A stretch of 64,000 nt of DNA, taken from NCBI GenBank assembly GCA_963836075.1, contig CAWIIB010000009.1, positions 288,001 to 352,000 on the forward strand. Direction: 5' to 3'. The translations under genes were made by a program, and so were the position numbers. This DNA comes from an uncultured Acidobacteriota bacterium. GTDB lineage: Bacteria; Acidobacteriota; JAQAZP01. Positions 31,015 to 40,643 of this stretch are shown piece after piece. How positions within the stretch are numbered: position 1 is the stretch's first letter; the number at the start of each line of letters is the position of its first letter. The notes beneath the pieces are model-generated. The model had not been told where the DNA came from and ran no database searches. It saw only the letters and a program-made list of their open reading frames with translations.

Positions 31015-32637
31015 ATGGGATGTTGTGAGTTGCAGGCGCGGGGACGTTCGGGATTCGGCGTGCGGGTGGTCCATGTGATGATGGCCCTCGCTCTGGTCAT
31101 GGCCGGCGGTGTCGCGGGACAGAGCGCACACGCGCAGTGCAATCCGCAGCAGATGTTCAAGCTCCTGGCCGATGACGGCGCCGACGGCGACTATTTAGGC
31201 AGCGCCGTGGCCATCGACGGGACCACCGCCATCGTCGGTGCCTTCAGTGATGACGACGACTTCAGCTACACCGACATCGGCTCGGCCTATCTCTTTGACG
31301 CAGCCACCGGCGTCCAGCTGTACAAGCTCGTGCCCACCGACGGCGAGATGGACGACCACTTCGGCTGGGCCGTGGACATCAGCGGCAGCAGTGCCATCGT
31401 CGGGGCGTGCGGTGACGATGACAACGGCAGCGCCTCCGGCTCGGTCTATCTCTTTGACGCCACCACCGGCGGCCAGCTGATGAAGCTGCTGCCCGACGAC
31501 GGCGCGGCCAGCGACTACTTCGGCTACTCCGTGGCCATGGACGGCACCACCGCCATCGTCGGGGCGCATCAGGACGACGACAACGGCAGCAACTCCGGCT
31601 CGGCCTATCTCTTCGATGCCACCACCGGGGACCAGATCACCAAACTCCTGCCCGAGGACGGCGCGGCCGGCCACTACTTCGGCCGCTCCGTGGCCATCAG
31701 CGGGACAATCGCCATCGTCGGGGCGGACGGTGCCGACGACAACGGCAGCGACTCCGGCTCGGCCTATCTCTTCGACAGCACCACCGGGGCCCAGCTGGCC
31801 AAGCTCCTGCCGCTGGACGGCGAAGGATACGACTTCTTCGGCTGGTCCGTAGCCATCAGCGGCACCACGGCCATCATCGGGGCCACCGGTGACGACGACA
31901 GCGGCCCCGAATCGGGCGCCGCCTATCTGTTCGACACCGCCAGCGGCGACCAGGTCGCCAAGCTGCTCTCCGATGACGGCTCGACGGACGACCACTTCGG
32001 TTCATCCGTGGCCATCAGCGGCACCACCGCCCTGGTCGGCGCATACGGTGACGACGAATTCGACAGCAGTTCCGGCGCGGCGTATCTCTTCGATAGCACC
32101 ACCGAGGCCCAGACCGCCAAGCTCCTGCCCGATGACGGCGCGCTGTTCGACTTCTTCGGCTGGGCGGTGGCCATCGACGGGACGAGCGCCGTCCTCGGCG
32201 CCTTCTCCGACGACGACAGCGGGTTCGATGCCGGATCGGCGTATCTCTTCGACACCTGCGCGCAGACCGGCACCATCGGCGCCGCCTACAGTTGCCTGCC
32301 CGGCAGCGGCACGGTGCCCTTCGCCACCCAGATGACGGTGACCCTGGACAATCTCTACACCGGCCAGGTCCGCCGCATCTCAGGGCGGATCAACGCCACC
32401 CTGGCCAGCGGCGCCTACTTCGGCAGCTGGCGCGCCGGCTACACCAACGTGGCCGGCGGGGACAGCTTCACCTCCGCCTGGACCCAGAACATCCCGGCCC
32501 TGGGCACGGTGATCGGCGCCAACCTCTTCCAGCTGGCGGCCGAGGACGTGACCCCCGTGCCGTACAACCAGCCGCCCTACCCGCCGGCCGGCGACACCGC
32601 CACGGCCAGCTGCACGGTGACGGGGATGGCGCCGTAA
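31015..32637 (+). CDS. Secreted FG-GAP repeat (7-bladed propeller) protein with C-terminal beta domain
   Basis: Signal-like segment, seven FGxSVAIxGxxAIVGA..DDD.G..SGSAYLFD repeats; start may be 31078. Confidence 0.88.
   Translation: MGCCELQARGRSGFGVRVVHVMMALALVMAGGVAGQSAHAQCNPQQMFKLLADDGADGDYLGSAVAIDGTTAIVGAFSDDDDFSYTDIGSAYLFDAATGVQLYKLVPTDGEMDDHFGWAVDISGSSAIVGACGDDDNGSASGSVYLFDATTGGQLMKLLPDDGAASDYFGYSVAMDGTTAIVGAHQDDDNGSNSGSAYLFDATTGDQITKLLPEDGAAGHYFGRSVAISGTIAIVGADGADDNGSDSGSAYLFDSTTGAQLAKLLPLDGEGYDFFGWSVAISGTTAIIGATGDDDSGPESGAAYLFDTASGDQVAKLLSDDGSTDDHFGSSVAISGTTALVGAYGDDEFDSSSGAAYLFDSTTEAQTAKLLPDDGALFDFFGWAVAIDGTSAVLGAFSDDDSGFDAGSAYLFDTCAQTGTIGAAYSCLPGSGTVPFATQMTVTLDNLYTGQVRRISGRINATLASGAYFGSWRAGYTNVAGGDSFTSAWTQNIPALGTVIGANLFQLAAEDVTPVPYNQPPYPPAGDTATASCTVTGMAP
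31150..32255 (+). repeat. Coding tandem repeat, about 159 bp x7
   Basis: GGCTCGGCCTATCTCTTYGA-like anchors at 31279, 31438, 31597, 31756 and onward. Confidence 0.85.
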
Positions 32638-32652
32638 GGGAGAGCCGCTCGC

Positions 32653-32756
32653 TGTCAGCGCGAGGAGCCGCAAGCGACGAAGTGATCTCCCAGGCAGTGA
32701 TACTGACGCCAGGGAGTTCGCGTCGCAGTCGGCAAAACCGGCTCCCCGCAATGACA
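32653..32756. repeat. Inverted pair of degenerate REP-like elements
   Basis: TGTCAGCGCGAGGAGCCGCAAGCGACGAAGTGATCTC ... CTCCCCGCAATGACA downstream of the FG-GAP gene. Confidence 0.55.
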
Positions 32757-32870
32757 AGCCGCAGAACCTCATTAGCCCTTGCATTGATACAAAAAACAAC
32801 ATATATTACCATTGTTTTGTTACGCAAGCAGCTGAATGTTTGTATTGTTTTGTTACAAGGAGTGGTAATC

Positions 32871-34235
32871 ATGTTCCCCAGGGCAATCACTGCCGACCTT
32901 GAGGCATGGGCGAATAATGCCGTGAGGAAGCCCCTGATTTTGCGGGGAGCGCGACAGGTTGGGAAGACCGTGGCGGTGTCCCTGTTCGGGAAAAACTACG
33001 AGCGCTTCATCCAGCTCAACCTTGAAAAACCCGGCGACGCCAGGTTGTTCAAGCAGGACCTGGACGTGAAGGATCTGTTTCAGGCAATCCTGCTTCACCA
33101 GCGCGACCCCCACCCGAAAGGCCGTACCCTCCTCTTTCTGGACGAGATCCAGTCCTGCCCGGAGGCGATTGCCGCACTTCGTCACTTTTACGAAGAACTT
33201 CCCGAGGTCCATGTCATCGCTGCAGGTTCGCTCCTCGAGATCATGCTAGCCAGAATGAGTGTCAGCTTCCCGGTGGGCCGTGTGCAGCAACTCACGATGT
33301 ATCCGCTGTCCTTCACGGAGTTCCTCACCGCGATCAAAGCAAACGAAGCGCTGGCGGTGATGGAGCAGGTGCCGCTTCCCGAGTTCGCCCAGGGGACATT
33401 GATGGACCTGTTCCACCGATATGCGCTTGTGGGCGGTATGCCGGAAATCGTCGCCGGCTACTGCCGGGACGAGGACATCGCTTCTCTTGGTCCAACGTAT
33501 GAATCGCTTCTTCAGTCATACCTCGATGATGTTCCGAAATACGCCCGCAACGAAACGTTGAAGCAGGTTCTTTCCCACTGCATCGAGGCGGCACCGCTTT
33601 CCGCAGGCACTCGAATCAGTTTCACCGGTTTTGGGCAGTCCAACTACCGGTCGCGGGAAGTGGGTGAAGCGCTCCGAACGCTTGAAAAGGCGATGCTCAT
33701 CCACCTGCTCCATCCCACGACGAGCACACAGATCCCGATTCGGCCAAACCTGCGAAAGTCTCCCCGGCTCCTCTTTCTCGACACAGGTCTGCTGAATTTC
33801 TTTGCCGGCTTACAGGAACAGCATTTCCAATATGCCGATCTCCATGCTTTCTATCGCGGGCTGATTGCCGAACACATCGTCGGCCAGGAGCTGATCTGCG
33901 CCGGGGCCAGTGCTTTGAGGAAACCATGTTTCTGGGTCCGGGAGAAGAGCCAGTCCCAGGCCGAGGTCGACTATGTCGTCCGGTACGGGTCAGATATCAT
34001 CCCGGTGGAGGTCAAGGCAGGGAAGGCAGGCCGCTTGCGGTCGCTTCACCAGTTCATCGATCTGTCCGAGCAGCGAGTCGCGATTCGTCTTTATGCCGGA
34101 CCACTGAAGAAGGAGGTCTGCACCACAACCCGAGGCAGGGAATTCGAACTGCTCAGCGCCCCATACTTCCTGGCGTCGAAAATTACCGACTATCTCGATG
34201 CTTTTCCCACTCTCCCCACAACCGATAGGAAATGA
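32871..34235 (+). CDS. AAA+ ATPase with DUF4143 domain
   Basis: RKPLILRGARQVGKT, LDEIQ, AAGSLL, GGMPE, DTGLL, EVDY..IPVEVKAG; RBS AGGAG. Confidence 0.9.
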   Translation: MFPRAITADLEAWANNAVRKPLILRGARQVGKTVAVSLFGKNYERFIQLNLEKPGDARLFKQDLDVKDLFQAILLHQRDPHPKGRTLLFLDEIQSCPEAIAALRHFYEELPEVHVIAAGSLLEIMLARMSVSFPVGRVQQLTMYPLSFTEFLTAIKANEALAVMEQVPLPEFAQGTLMDLFHRYALVGGMPEIVAGYCRDEDIASLGPTYESLLQSYLDDVPKYARNETLKQVLSHCIEAAPLSAGTRISFTGFGQSNYRSREVGEALRTLEKAMLIHLLHPTTSTQIPIRPNLRKSPRLLFLDTGLLNFFAGLQEQHFQYADLHAFYRGLIAEHIVGQELICAGASALRKPCFWVREKSQSQAEVDYVVRYGSDIIPVEVKAGKAGRLRSLHQFIDLSEQRVAIRLYAGPLKKEVCTTTRGREFELLSAPYFLASKITDYLDAFPTLPTTDRK

Positions 34236-34259
34236 CCGGAAGAACCGCCGCCCCATCTC

Positions 34260-35378
34260 TCACTTCCCCGATAACCAGCCCTTGCGCTTGAAGAAGTAGA
34301 GCAGGCCACCGGCCACCAGCGCCATGAAGCCGAGGCAGATCGGGTAGCCCCAGCGCCAGCCCAGCTCGGGCATGTTGAAGGCCGAGATCCCGGTGTCGAA
34401 GTTCATGCCGTAGAGCCCGGCGATGAAGCCGAGGGGGATGAAGATGGTGGCGATGATGGTCAGCACCTTCATCACCTCGTTCATCCGGTTGCTCACACTG
34501 GAGAGGTAGGTGTTCACGAGGTCCGAGCAGACCTCGCGGTAGGCCTCGATCAGCTCGATGATCTGCACCGTGTGGTCCTGGCAGTCGCGCAGGAAGAGGC
34601 CGGTCTCCGGCGTGATCATCTCGTCCGCGTCCCGGATCATCGCGGCGAACATCTCGCGGTGCGGCCAGGCGTCCCGCCGCAGGGAGAGCAGCGCCCCCTT
34701 CATGCCGTGGATCTGGTGCGGCGCGCCCGGGTCCTGCCCCCCCATCACGAGCTCTTCCAGCTGCTCCAGCGACTCGGCGGTACTCTCCAGCACCGGGAAG
34801 TAGCTGTCCACCACCGCGTCCAGCAGGGCGTAGAGCAGGTAGTCCGCCGCGGATCCGCGGATCCGGCCCCGCCCCTTGCGCAGCCGCTCCCGGACCTGCT
34901 CGAAGCAGCCGATCGGTTCGGGGGTCAACGTCAGCACGAAGCCCTTGCCCAGCACCAGGCTCACCTGCCGCGTGTCGAAACCGTCGGGGGCCAGCGGGGC
35001 CCGGGCCACCACGAAGAGCTGGTCATGGTACGGTTCCACCTTGGCCCGCTGCCCGAGGTTGACCACGTCTTCGAGCACCAGCGGGTGGATCCCGAACATC
35101 TGGCCCAGGTGGCGCAGCGAATCGAGGTCGCCCACCCCCTCCACGTGAACCCAGACCGTGGGCCACTTCTCGCGGTAGGCCGTGATCGCCTCCACCGAGT
35201 CCACCCGGCTCTCGGCGAGGTCATCCGCGCTGTAAGCCATCACCATGAGCTGCGACGCGGGCGCCGCCGGGTCGTGGACCAGCGTCCCCGGCGCCGCACC
35301 CGGTGCGGTCAGTTTGCGGACCTTCGACCTCCAACTGCGTCCCTTTTTCGGCTTGTGATGTCCGGGCTCGGCGCTCAT
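34260..35378 (-). CDS. corA: Magnesium/cobalt transporter CorA
   Basis: HPLVLED, QRAKVE, NEVMKVLT, GLYGMNF, MPEL. Confidence 0.95.
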   Translation of the reverse strand: MSAEPGHHKPKKGRSWRSKVRKLTAPGAAPGTLVHDPAAPASQLMVMAYSADDLAESRVDSVEAITAYREKWPTVWVHVEGVGDLDSLRHLGQMFGIHPLVLEDVVNLGQRAKVEPYHDQLFVVARAPLAPDGFDTRQVSLVLGKGFVLTLTPEPIGCFEQVRERLRKGRGRIRGSAADYLLYALLDAVVDSYFPVLESTAESLEQLEELVMGGQDPGAPHQIHGMKGALLSLRRDAWPHREMFAAMIRDADEMITPETGLFLRDCQDHTVQIIELIEAYREVCSDLVNTYLSSVSNRMNEVMKVLTIIATIFIPLGFIAGLYGMNFDTGISAFNMPELGWRWGYPICLGFMALVAGGLLYFFKRKGWLSGK

Positions 35379-35405
35379 GTTCGGTTCTCCTTTGGGGCTA
35401 CGGAG

Positions 35406-35429
35406 AAAATCGGGGACAGTCCCCATTTT
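35406..35429. repeat. GGGGACAGTCCCC palindrome (second copy near 36919-36930)
   Basis: Two copies flank mscS; REP-like hairpin. Confidence 0.5.
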
Positions 35430-36839
35430 CTAATCAGAACTCACCACTCCGTCATCCGGCGGCCAGGCCAGCGAGTCGCTGATCGTCTCGATCTCGCCCT
35501 CGCTCATCGCCGGGAAAGGCATCCGCCCCTCGGCGCGCCATTTGGCCACATCCGCCTCGGCGGCACTGGTCCTTTCCCCGTCCAGGCCGCTGTCCTTGCC
35601 CAGATACGCCGTCTGGGAGGGGAAGGCGAATCCGCTGCCGCTCCTGGCCACGATGTCCATCATTCTCAGGTAGAGGTCCTCGCGCACTCCGAGAAACTCG
35701 TTCCAGTCGGAAGTCATCACGAAGGAGAAGATCTCGATGTCCAGCGAAAACGCGCCGAAGCCGACGAAACGGACCCGCGCCGGTTCGTTGGTCACCATCG
35801 GGTGCGAGATGAGCAACCGGCGCAGTTCAGCCAGTACCCAGCGCAGCTGGTCCGGGCTGGTCTCGTAGCGCAGGCCGATGGTGGTGATCAGCCGGACCCT
35901 GTCGCGCACGCCGAAGTTCTCGATCTGCAGTGACGAAAACTCCGCGTTGGGCACCGCGACCACCGTCCGGTCGAGGGTGCGGATGCGGGTGGAGCGAATT
36001 CCCACGTCTTCCACCGTGCCCATCTTGTCCCCGAATTTGCAGAAGTCGCCCACCCTCACCGGCCGGTCGGTCACTACCATGATCCCGCCCAGCAGGTTCT
36101 CCAGTGTCTTTTGCGAAGCGAGGGCGATGGCCACGCCGCCGATGCCCAGGCCGGCCAGCAGGCTGGTCACCTGGAACCCCAGGTTGTGCAGGATGGTGAT
36201 CGTGGCCAGGCCCAGCAGGGCCACCTTCAAGGCCCGGCGGCCCAGGACCACCAGGGAGAGCGCCGACTTCCGCTCCTCCTCCACGAGCCGCGCGGAGAGC
36301 ACCCGGGAGTATGAATTCACCACCCAGAAGAGGATCCAGCAGGCCGCGGCCACACCGAGACCCTTCTCCAGCCCCCCCAGCGTTTTCTGGGCCGGCGGCG
36401 CCAGTAGCAGCGCCTGGCTGCCGGCGCTGAACAGGACCACGGTGAACAGGAACCTGGCCGGGTGCCGGGACCCGGCGAGGAGCTCGTCATCGAAGAGGTT
36501 TTCAGTTCGCGCCACCACCTTGCGCAGCGAGCGCCTGATGATGCCGACGATGAACATCGCCAGGAAGTAGGCCACCACGGCCACCAGCAGCAGACCGATC
36601 CACTGCCAGAGCTGGATACGGAGGAAGACGATGTCGAAATAATGGGACGGCAGCCGGTCGGCGAGCAGGTCGTAGCCGACCTCGCCCTCCAGATGGGCCG
36701 TGCTCTCCGACACCGGCTCGGCCGGTTCCTGGGCCAGGGCCGGAACCGCCAGGCCGAAAAAGAGCAACGGGATGAGCAGAACCGGGACGAGCAGTGCAAC
36801 CGCCGCTCGCCGGACTGCACCCGCCAGGAATGTAGACAT
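35430..36839 (-). CDS. MscS-family mechanosensitive channel
   Basis: LLAGLGIGGVAIALASQKTLENLLGG, GTVEDVGIRSTRIRT, FAFPSQT. Confidence 0.93.
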   Translation of the reverse strand: MSTFLAGAVRRAAVALLVPVLLIPLLFFGLAVPALAQEPAEPVSESTAHLEGEVGYDLLADRLPSHYFDIVFLRIQLWQWIGLLLVAVVAYFLAMFIVGIIRRSLRKVVARTENLFDDELLAGSRHPARFLFTVVLFSAGSQALLLAPPAQKTLGGLEKGLGVAAACWILFWVVNSYSRVLSARLVEEERKSALSLVVLGRRALKVALLGLATITILHNLGFQVTSLLAGLGIGGVAIALASQKTLENLLGGIMVVTDRPVRVGDFCKFGDKMGTVEDVGIRSTRIRTLDRTVVAVPNAEFSSLQIENFGVRDRVRLITTIGLRYETSPDQLRWVLAELRRLLISHPMVTNEPARVRFVGFGAFSLDIEIFSFVMTSDWNEFLGVREDLYLRMMDIVARSGSGFAFPSQTAYLGKDSGLDGERTSAAEADVAKWRAEGRMPFPAMSEGEIETISDSLAWPPDDGVVSSD

Positions 36840-36972
36840 GGATCGTTCCTCCATGGGATGTTGTATTCGGTACAAGAGATGCATCAAGAGTAGTCAAAAG
36901 CGGTGTGGGGTTCAAGCAGGGACAGTCCCCGGCTTCTTCTAATGATGGTATACTTCCGCGCTCCCGGCAAAG

Positions 36973-37566
36973 GTGAAACGGATGATTGACGACGTGCTGA
37001 AAACAGGCGGCAGGAAGCCCCACGGCAGGATAAGCCAGCTGTTGCGCAAGCTCTTCCGCTGGCTGCTGACCCTGCGCGGGTCACCAGAGTCGATCGGCCT
37101 CGGTGTGGCCATCGGTATCTTCGTCGCCTGCTCCCCGCTGCTCGGCATCCACGTCCTGATGGCCATCATCCTCTCCACCCTGCTGGGTGCCAACCGGCCG
37201 GCAGCCCTGGCCACCAGCTTCCTCAACAACCCGGCCACCTTCGTCCCGATCTATGTCCTCGAATACTGGGTGGGCAGCCTGTTTTGGCCCGGCCCGCCGG
37301 TGGCCCGGGTCAAGCAGGTCCTGGGTCAGCTGCTGGACCAGCTCACCAGCACCGGTTTCTTCCACATCCGCGACCACTTCACCGCGGTGTTCGAGCTGGG
37401 CTGGGACGTCTTCATCCCGATGATGATCGGCGGGACACTGCTCGGTCTCCTTGCCGGCGGTGCGGCCTATATCCCCACCGTAGCCCTGGTGCGCAAGCTG
37501 CGCTTGAAGCGTCAGAAGAAGCGGGAGAGGCAAGCAGCGGCCAGGGGCGACCAGCCATCCTCCTGA
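36973..37566 (+). CDS. DUF2062 membrane protein
   Basis: SPESIGLGVAIGIF..P.LG, NNPATFVPIY. Confidence 0.85.
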   Translation: MKRMIDDVLKTGGRKPHGRISQLLRKLFRWLLTLRGSPESIGLGVAIGIFVACSPLLGIHVLMAIILSTLLGANRPAALATSFLNNPATFVPIYVLEYWVGSLFWPGPPVARVKQVLGQLLDQLTSTGFFHIRDHFTAVFELGWDVFIPMMIGGTLLGLLAGGAAYIPTVALVRKLRLKRQKKRERQAAARGDQPSS

Positions 37567-37585
37567 CAACAATACTGTCGCCCGG

Positions 37586-37628
37586 GAGACTGCCACGTCG
37601 CCCGCGTCGCGGGCTCCTCGCAGTGACA
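37586..37628. repeat. REP-like element between convergent genes
   Basis: GAGACTGCCACGTCGCCCGCGTCGCGGGCTCCTCGCAGTGACA. Confidence 0.65.
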
Positions 37629-37633
37629 GCAGC

Positions 37634-38926
37634 CTACTTCCTGACCCACTTCGCGATGCGGCGCACGGCCTCGATCACCTTGAAGCAATAGCGGTCGGTG
37701 AAGTCCCCGGGCAGTGGCGAGTCCAGGGGGTGCGTCTCGCTGGCCGCCAGGGCGCCGGCGCCGTCGAAGTCGACATAGGCCAGCCGGGCGGTGAGCTCCT
37801 TCTCCGGCCGGCCGAAGGCCACCCCGGGCAGTATCGCCACCCCGGTCTCCTCGAGGAGCAGCTGCTGCAGGCTCTCGCTGCCCTCCACCCCGCGCTGTTC
37901 CAGTTCGGCGGCCAGCGGCGTGAAGTCGGGGAAGAGGTAGAAGGCGCCAACCGGCGGGTGGACGCCGATTCCGGCACCGACAAGAATCCGAGTGCACTCA
38001 TTGCCCAGGGCCGCCAAGATACGGCGCGCGTGCCAGAGGTAGCGCTCGATACGTACCCCGCCGAGGAAGGCCCGCACCGCGGCGTACTGCACCGGGGCGC
38101 AGACCGAGGTGTAGGTCTCGCTGGCCACCGCGGCCATCGATTCCAGCAGCCAGTCGAGGTTGCGGGGGAAAGCGAAGGTGCCCAGCCGCCAGCCGCCGGC
38201 GCCGCACCACTTGGAGAGGCCCGAGCTGATGATCGTCCCCTCGGGGTAGTAGCGGGCCACCGACACGTGCTCGCCCCTGTGGTGCAGCTGGCCGTAGATC
38301 TCGTCGGAGAGGAGGATCACCTCGAAGCGCCGGGCCACCTCGGCGATGGCCTTCAGTTCGTCGGCGCTGTAGGTTCCGCCCTCGGGGTTGCCGGGGTAGT
38401 TGAGGATCAGCATCCGCGGACGGAACTGGTCCTGCTCCTCTTCGCAGATCCGCTGGAACTGCTCGGCGGTCATCCGCCAGCGGTCCTCGAAGCGGGTCTG
38501 GACCAGGCGCACCTTCTTGCCCAGAATCGCCGCCTGGGGAACGTAGGTCACCCAGCAGGGAGCGGGGACGATCAACTCGCCGTAGAAAACCAGCTGGAGC
38601 AGGAAAAGCAGCTCCTTGGAGCCTGGGCCGATCAGAATCTGTTCAGGCCTGGTATCCAGGTCGTCCTTGCGGCGGTGAAAGGAGGCCACCGCGGCGCGGA
38701 GGGCCGGCAGCCCTTTCACCGGCAGGTAGCTCTTCTCGTGGGCGTGGTTCTTCAACTCGTCCACCACCGGCTCCGGCACCGGGAAGGGGGACTGGCCCAG
38801 CCCCAGGCGGTAGACCGTGCGCCCCTCGTCCTCCAGGGCCCAGCTCCGCTCGTTGATCGCCAGGGTGGGCGACTGGTCGACGCCCCGCACATTCATGTTC
38901 AGGCTGACGTGTTTCATGATGTTCAC
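37634..38926 (-). CDS. Class I/II PLP aminotransferase
   Basis: LGLGQSPF, GPGSKE, NYPGNPEG, SDEIY, SGLSKW..GWRLG. Confidence 0.92.
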   Translation of the reverse strand: MNIMKHVSLNMNVRGVDQSPTLAINERSWALEDEGRTVYRLGLGQSPFPVPEPVVDELKNHAHEKSYLPVKGLPALRAAVASFHRRKDDLDTRPEQILIGPGSKELLFLLQLVFYGELIVPAPCWVTYVPQAAILGKKVRLVQTRFEDRWRMTAEQFQRICEEEQDQFRPRMLILNYPGNPEGGTYSADELKAIAEVARRFEVILLSDEIYGQLHHRGEHVSVARYYPEGTIISSGLSKWCGAGGWRLGTFAFPRNLDWLLESMAAVASETYTSVCAPVQYAAVRAFLGGVRIERYLWHARRILAALGNECTRILVGAGIGVHPPVGAFYLFPDFTPLAAELEQRGVEGSESLQQLLLEETGVAILPGVAFGRPEKELTARLAYVDFDGAGALAASETHPLDSPLPGDFTDRYCFKVIEAVRRIAKWVRK

Positions 38927-38975
38927 CGTGAACCTCCTCCAGCAGGGAGCTGTGGATCCTGTTGGTCCTGGTCAA

Positions 38976-39728
38976 TCAGGGCCGGTCCGGTTCCCAGGTC
39001 ATGGTCTCCAGGTGCCGGCGGAGCCTGGTTATGGTCCTGAACTTATTCAGGATCAGCGTTTTCTTCAGCCCGCAGCAGATATATTTCACCGCCGGGGGGT
39101 GTTTGGCGTAGTGCTTCGCTCCGCCCAGTGCGTCGTAGAAAACCCGCACCAGGTCAACGATGTCGGTCTTGCGGCAGTCGGCCCGGGAATGCTCCAGCCG
39201 GTAGAGGTCGATCAGCTTCAGGTCGAAGGCCAGGCCGAAACGGCTGACGATGATGTTGTCGTCGTGGATGTCGCCGTGGTACTCGCCCCGGCAGTGGATC
39301 TCTTCCACGCCCCGGGCCAGGTCGTAGAGCAGGCGCAGCCCGACAAATGGCGGTAACCGCCGGCCCGGCTGGCGGCGGACAAAGGACGAGAGCAGCTCGC
39401 CCTTGACGAACTCGGAGATGAAGGCGGTCACCGGCGTCCGCCGGAAGACCACCTTTTCCTCGGTGAAATACTGGACCAGGATCGGGCAGTCCTTGAGCTT
39501 GTGCAGTTTCTTGGCGCAGCGGCGGGAGGTCCGCTCGTTGACGTTCCGCTGGGGGTAGAAGAACTTGGCCGTCCGCTCGATCCCGGTGCGGATCTCGAGG
39601 ATCTTGTAAACCTCGCCCTCCCAGCCGCCGCCGAGCCGGCGGATGACCCGGTACTTGCCGAGAAACTCCCGGCCGGCCGGAAAGTCGAAGGCGTCGATCT
39701 GTCTGGTTGCGGATCCCATACGGATCAC
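38976..39728 (-). CDS. Small soluble Ser/Thr kinase-like protein
   Basis: LGGGWEGEVY, AKFF, HGDIHDDNI, LIDL. Confidence 0.8.
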   Translation of the reverse strand: MIRMGSATRQIDAFDFPAGREFLGKYRVIRRLGGGWEGEVYKILEIRTGIERTAKFFYPQRNVNERTSRRCAKKLHKLKDCPILVQYFTEEKVVFRRTPVTAFISEFVKGELLSSFVRRQPGRRLPPFVGLRLLYDLARGVEEIHCRGEYHGDIHDDNIIVSRFGLAFDLKLIDLYRLEHSRADCRKTDIVDLVRVFYDALGGAKHYAKHPPAVKYICCGLKKTLILNKFRTITRLRRHLETMTWEPDRP

Positions 39729-39750
39729 CGTTCCACCTGGCTCGTTTAGA

Positions 39751-40365
39751 TCATTTCCTCTTCTCCAGCAGGAGCCGCAACTGCCTGAGGTTTCGTCTCC
39801 GTCTGAACTTTTGTACAGGCGAGACCCCGTTGCTGACGAAACGGATGTCTTCGATGGAATAGAAGGCCCGAGGGTTGAAGTGTTTGATCTGGGCCACCAC
39901 CCTGGGCAGGCTGCCCCTGTCGATCACTGAGTAGATCACGTGCACCTTTCCCCGGCCCCCTTCGGCATCCACGCTGGTCACACTGAATTTCGACGACTTG
40001 AGAAAAGCGATCAGCTCCGAGGCGTCCTTGCGGGTGATTATCCTGATCCCCACCGTGCCCACGGCAAGCTTCTCTTCCAGGATCATCCCGGTCCAGTTGC
40101 CCAGCGCAAAACCACCGGCATAAGCCAGGTAACAGACCCAGTTGGTCAAGTTCTGCATGATCTGCCCGATGGCCAGCAACCAGATCAGCACCTCGAAAAA
40201 TCCGAGCAGCGGGGCCAGCCCGCGCAACCCCCGGGAGACGAAGATCAGGCGGACCGTGCCGATGCTCACGTCGATCACCCGGGCCAGGGCGATGAGCAGG
40301 GGCAGCAACGCCCAGGTGTACAGGGGGGACTGCATGAACGGGACGGATGCGGTTGCTTCCATCAT
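39751..40365 (-). CDS. DUF2179/DUF5698 membrane protein
   Basis: RVIDVSIGTVR, GFFEVLIW, YAGGFALGN, soluble C-domain FNPRAF. Confidence 0.87.
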   Translation of the reverse strand: MMEATASVPFMQSPLYTWALLPLLIALARVIDVSIGTVRLIFVSRGLRGLAPLLGFFEVLIWLLAIGQIMQNLTNWVCYLAYAGGFALGNWTGMILEEKLAVGTVGIRIITRKDASELIAFLKSSKFSVTSVDAEGGRGKVHVIYSVIDRGSLPRVVAQIKHFNPRAFYSIEDIRFVSNGVSPVQKFRRRRNLRQLRLLLEKRK

Positions 40366-40463
40366 CTGCTTCTTCTCTTTCTATATCTTTCCGGCAAGCC
40401 GGGATCATGATCCGGAGTGCAGCGGACCAAATGAGGCAAGCTCCGCCTCGAAACCCCTAGCAC

Positions 40464-40479
40464 AGCAAGGGGCATGCCA
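40464..40479 (-). promoter_or_regulatory. sigma54 (-24/-12) promoter
   Basis: TGGCATGCCCCTTGCT (GG-N10-GC) upstream of the DUF2179-kinase-aminotransferase operon. Confidence 0.75.
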
Positions 40480-40643
40480 GCAGGCCGGCGGCCCGGCTCA
40501 TCTCTTTCAAGTGGTTCAGGTACTTTGGTTTCCGCGCAGCCCCGGTTTGCGCCAGGTGGCGGGCGCCGTCAGGTGGCGGTAAAAACCGGAACTAAATAGT
40601 CCGACAAAGCGGCCCGTCGGGGCCTGGAGCGGGATCGGCAGGC

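Noticed and set aside
31150-32255. CRISPR array or DGR repeat
   Set aside because: The units are in-frame 159-bp FG-GAP coding repeats; no cas or reverse transcriptase gene is present.
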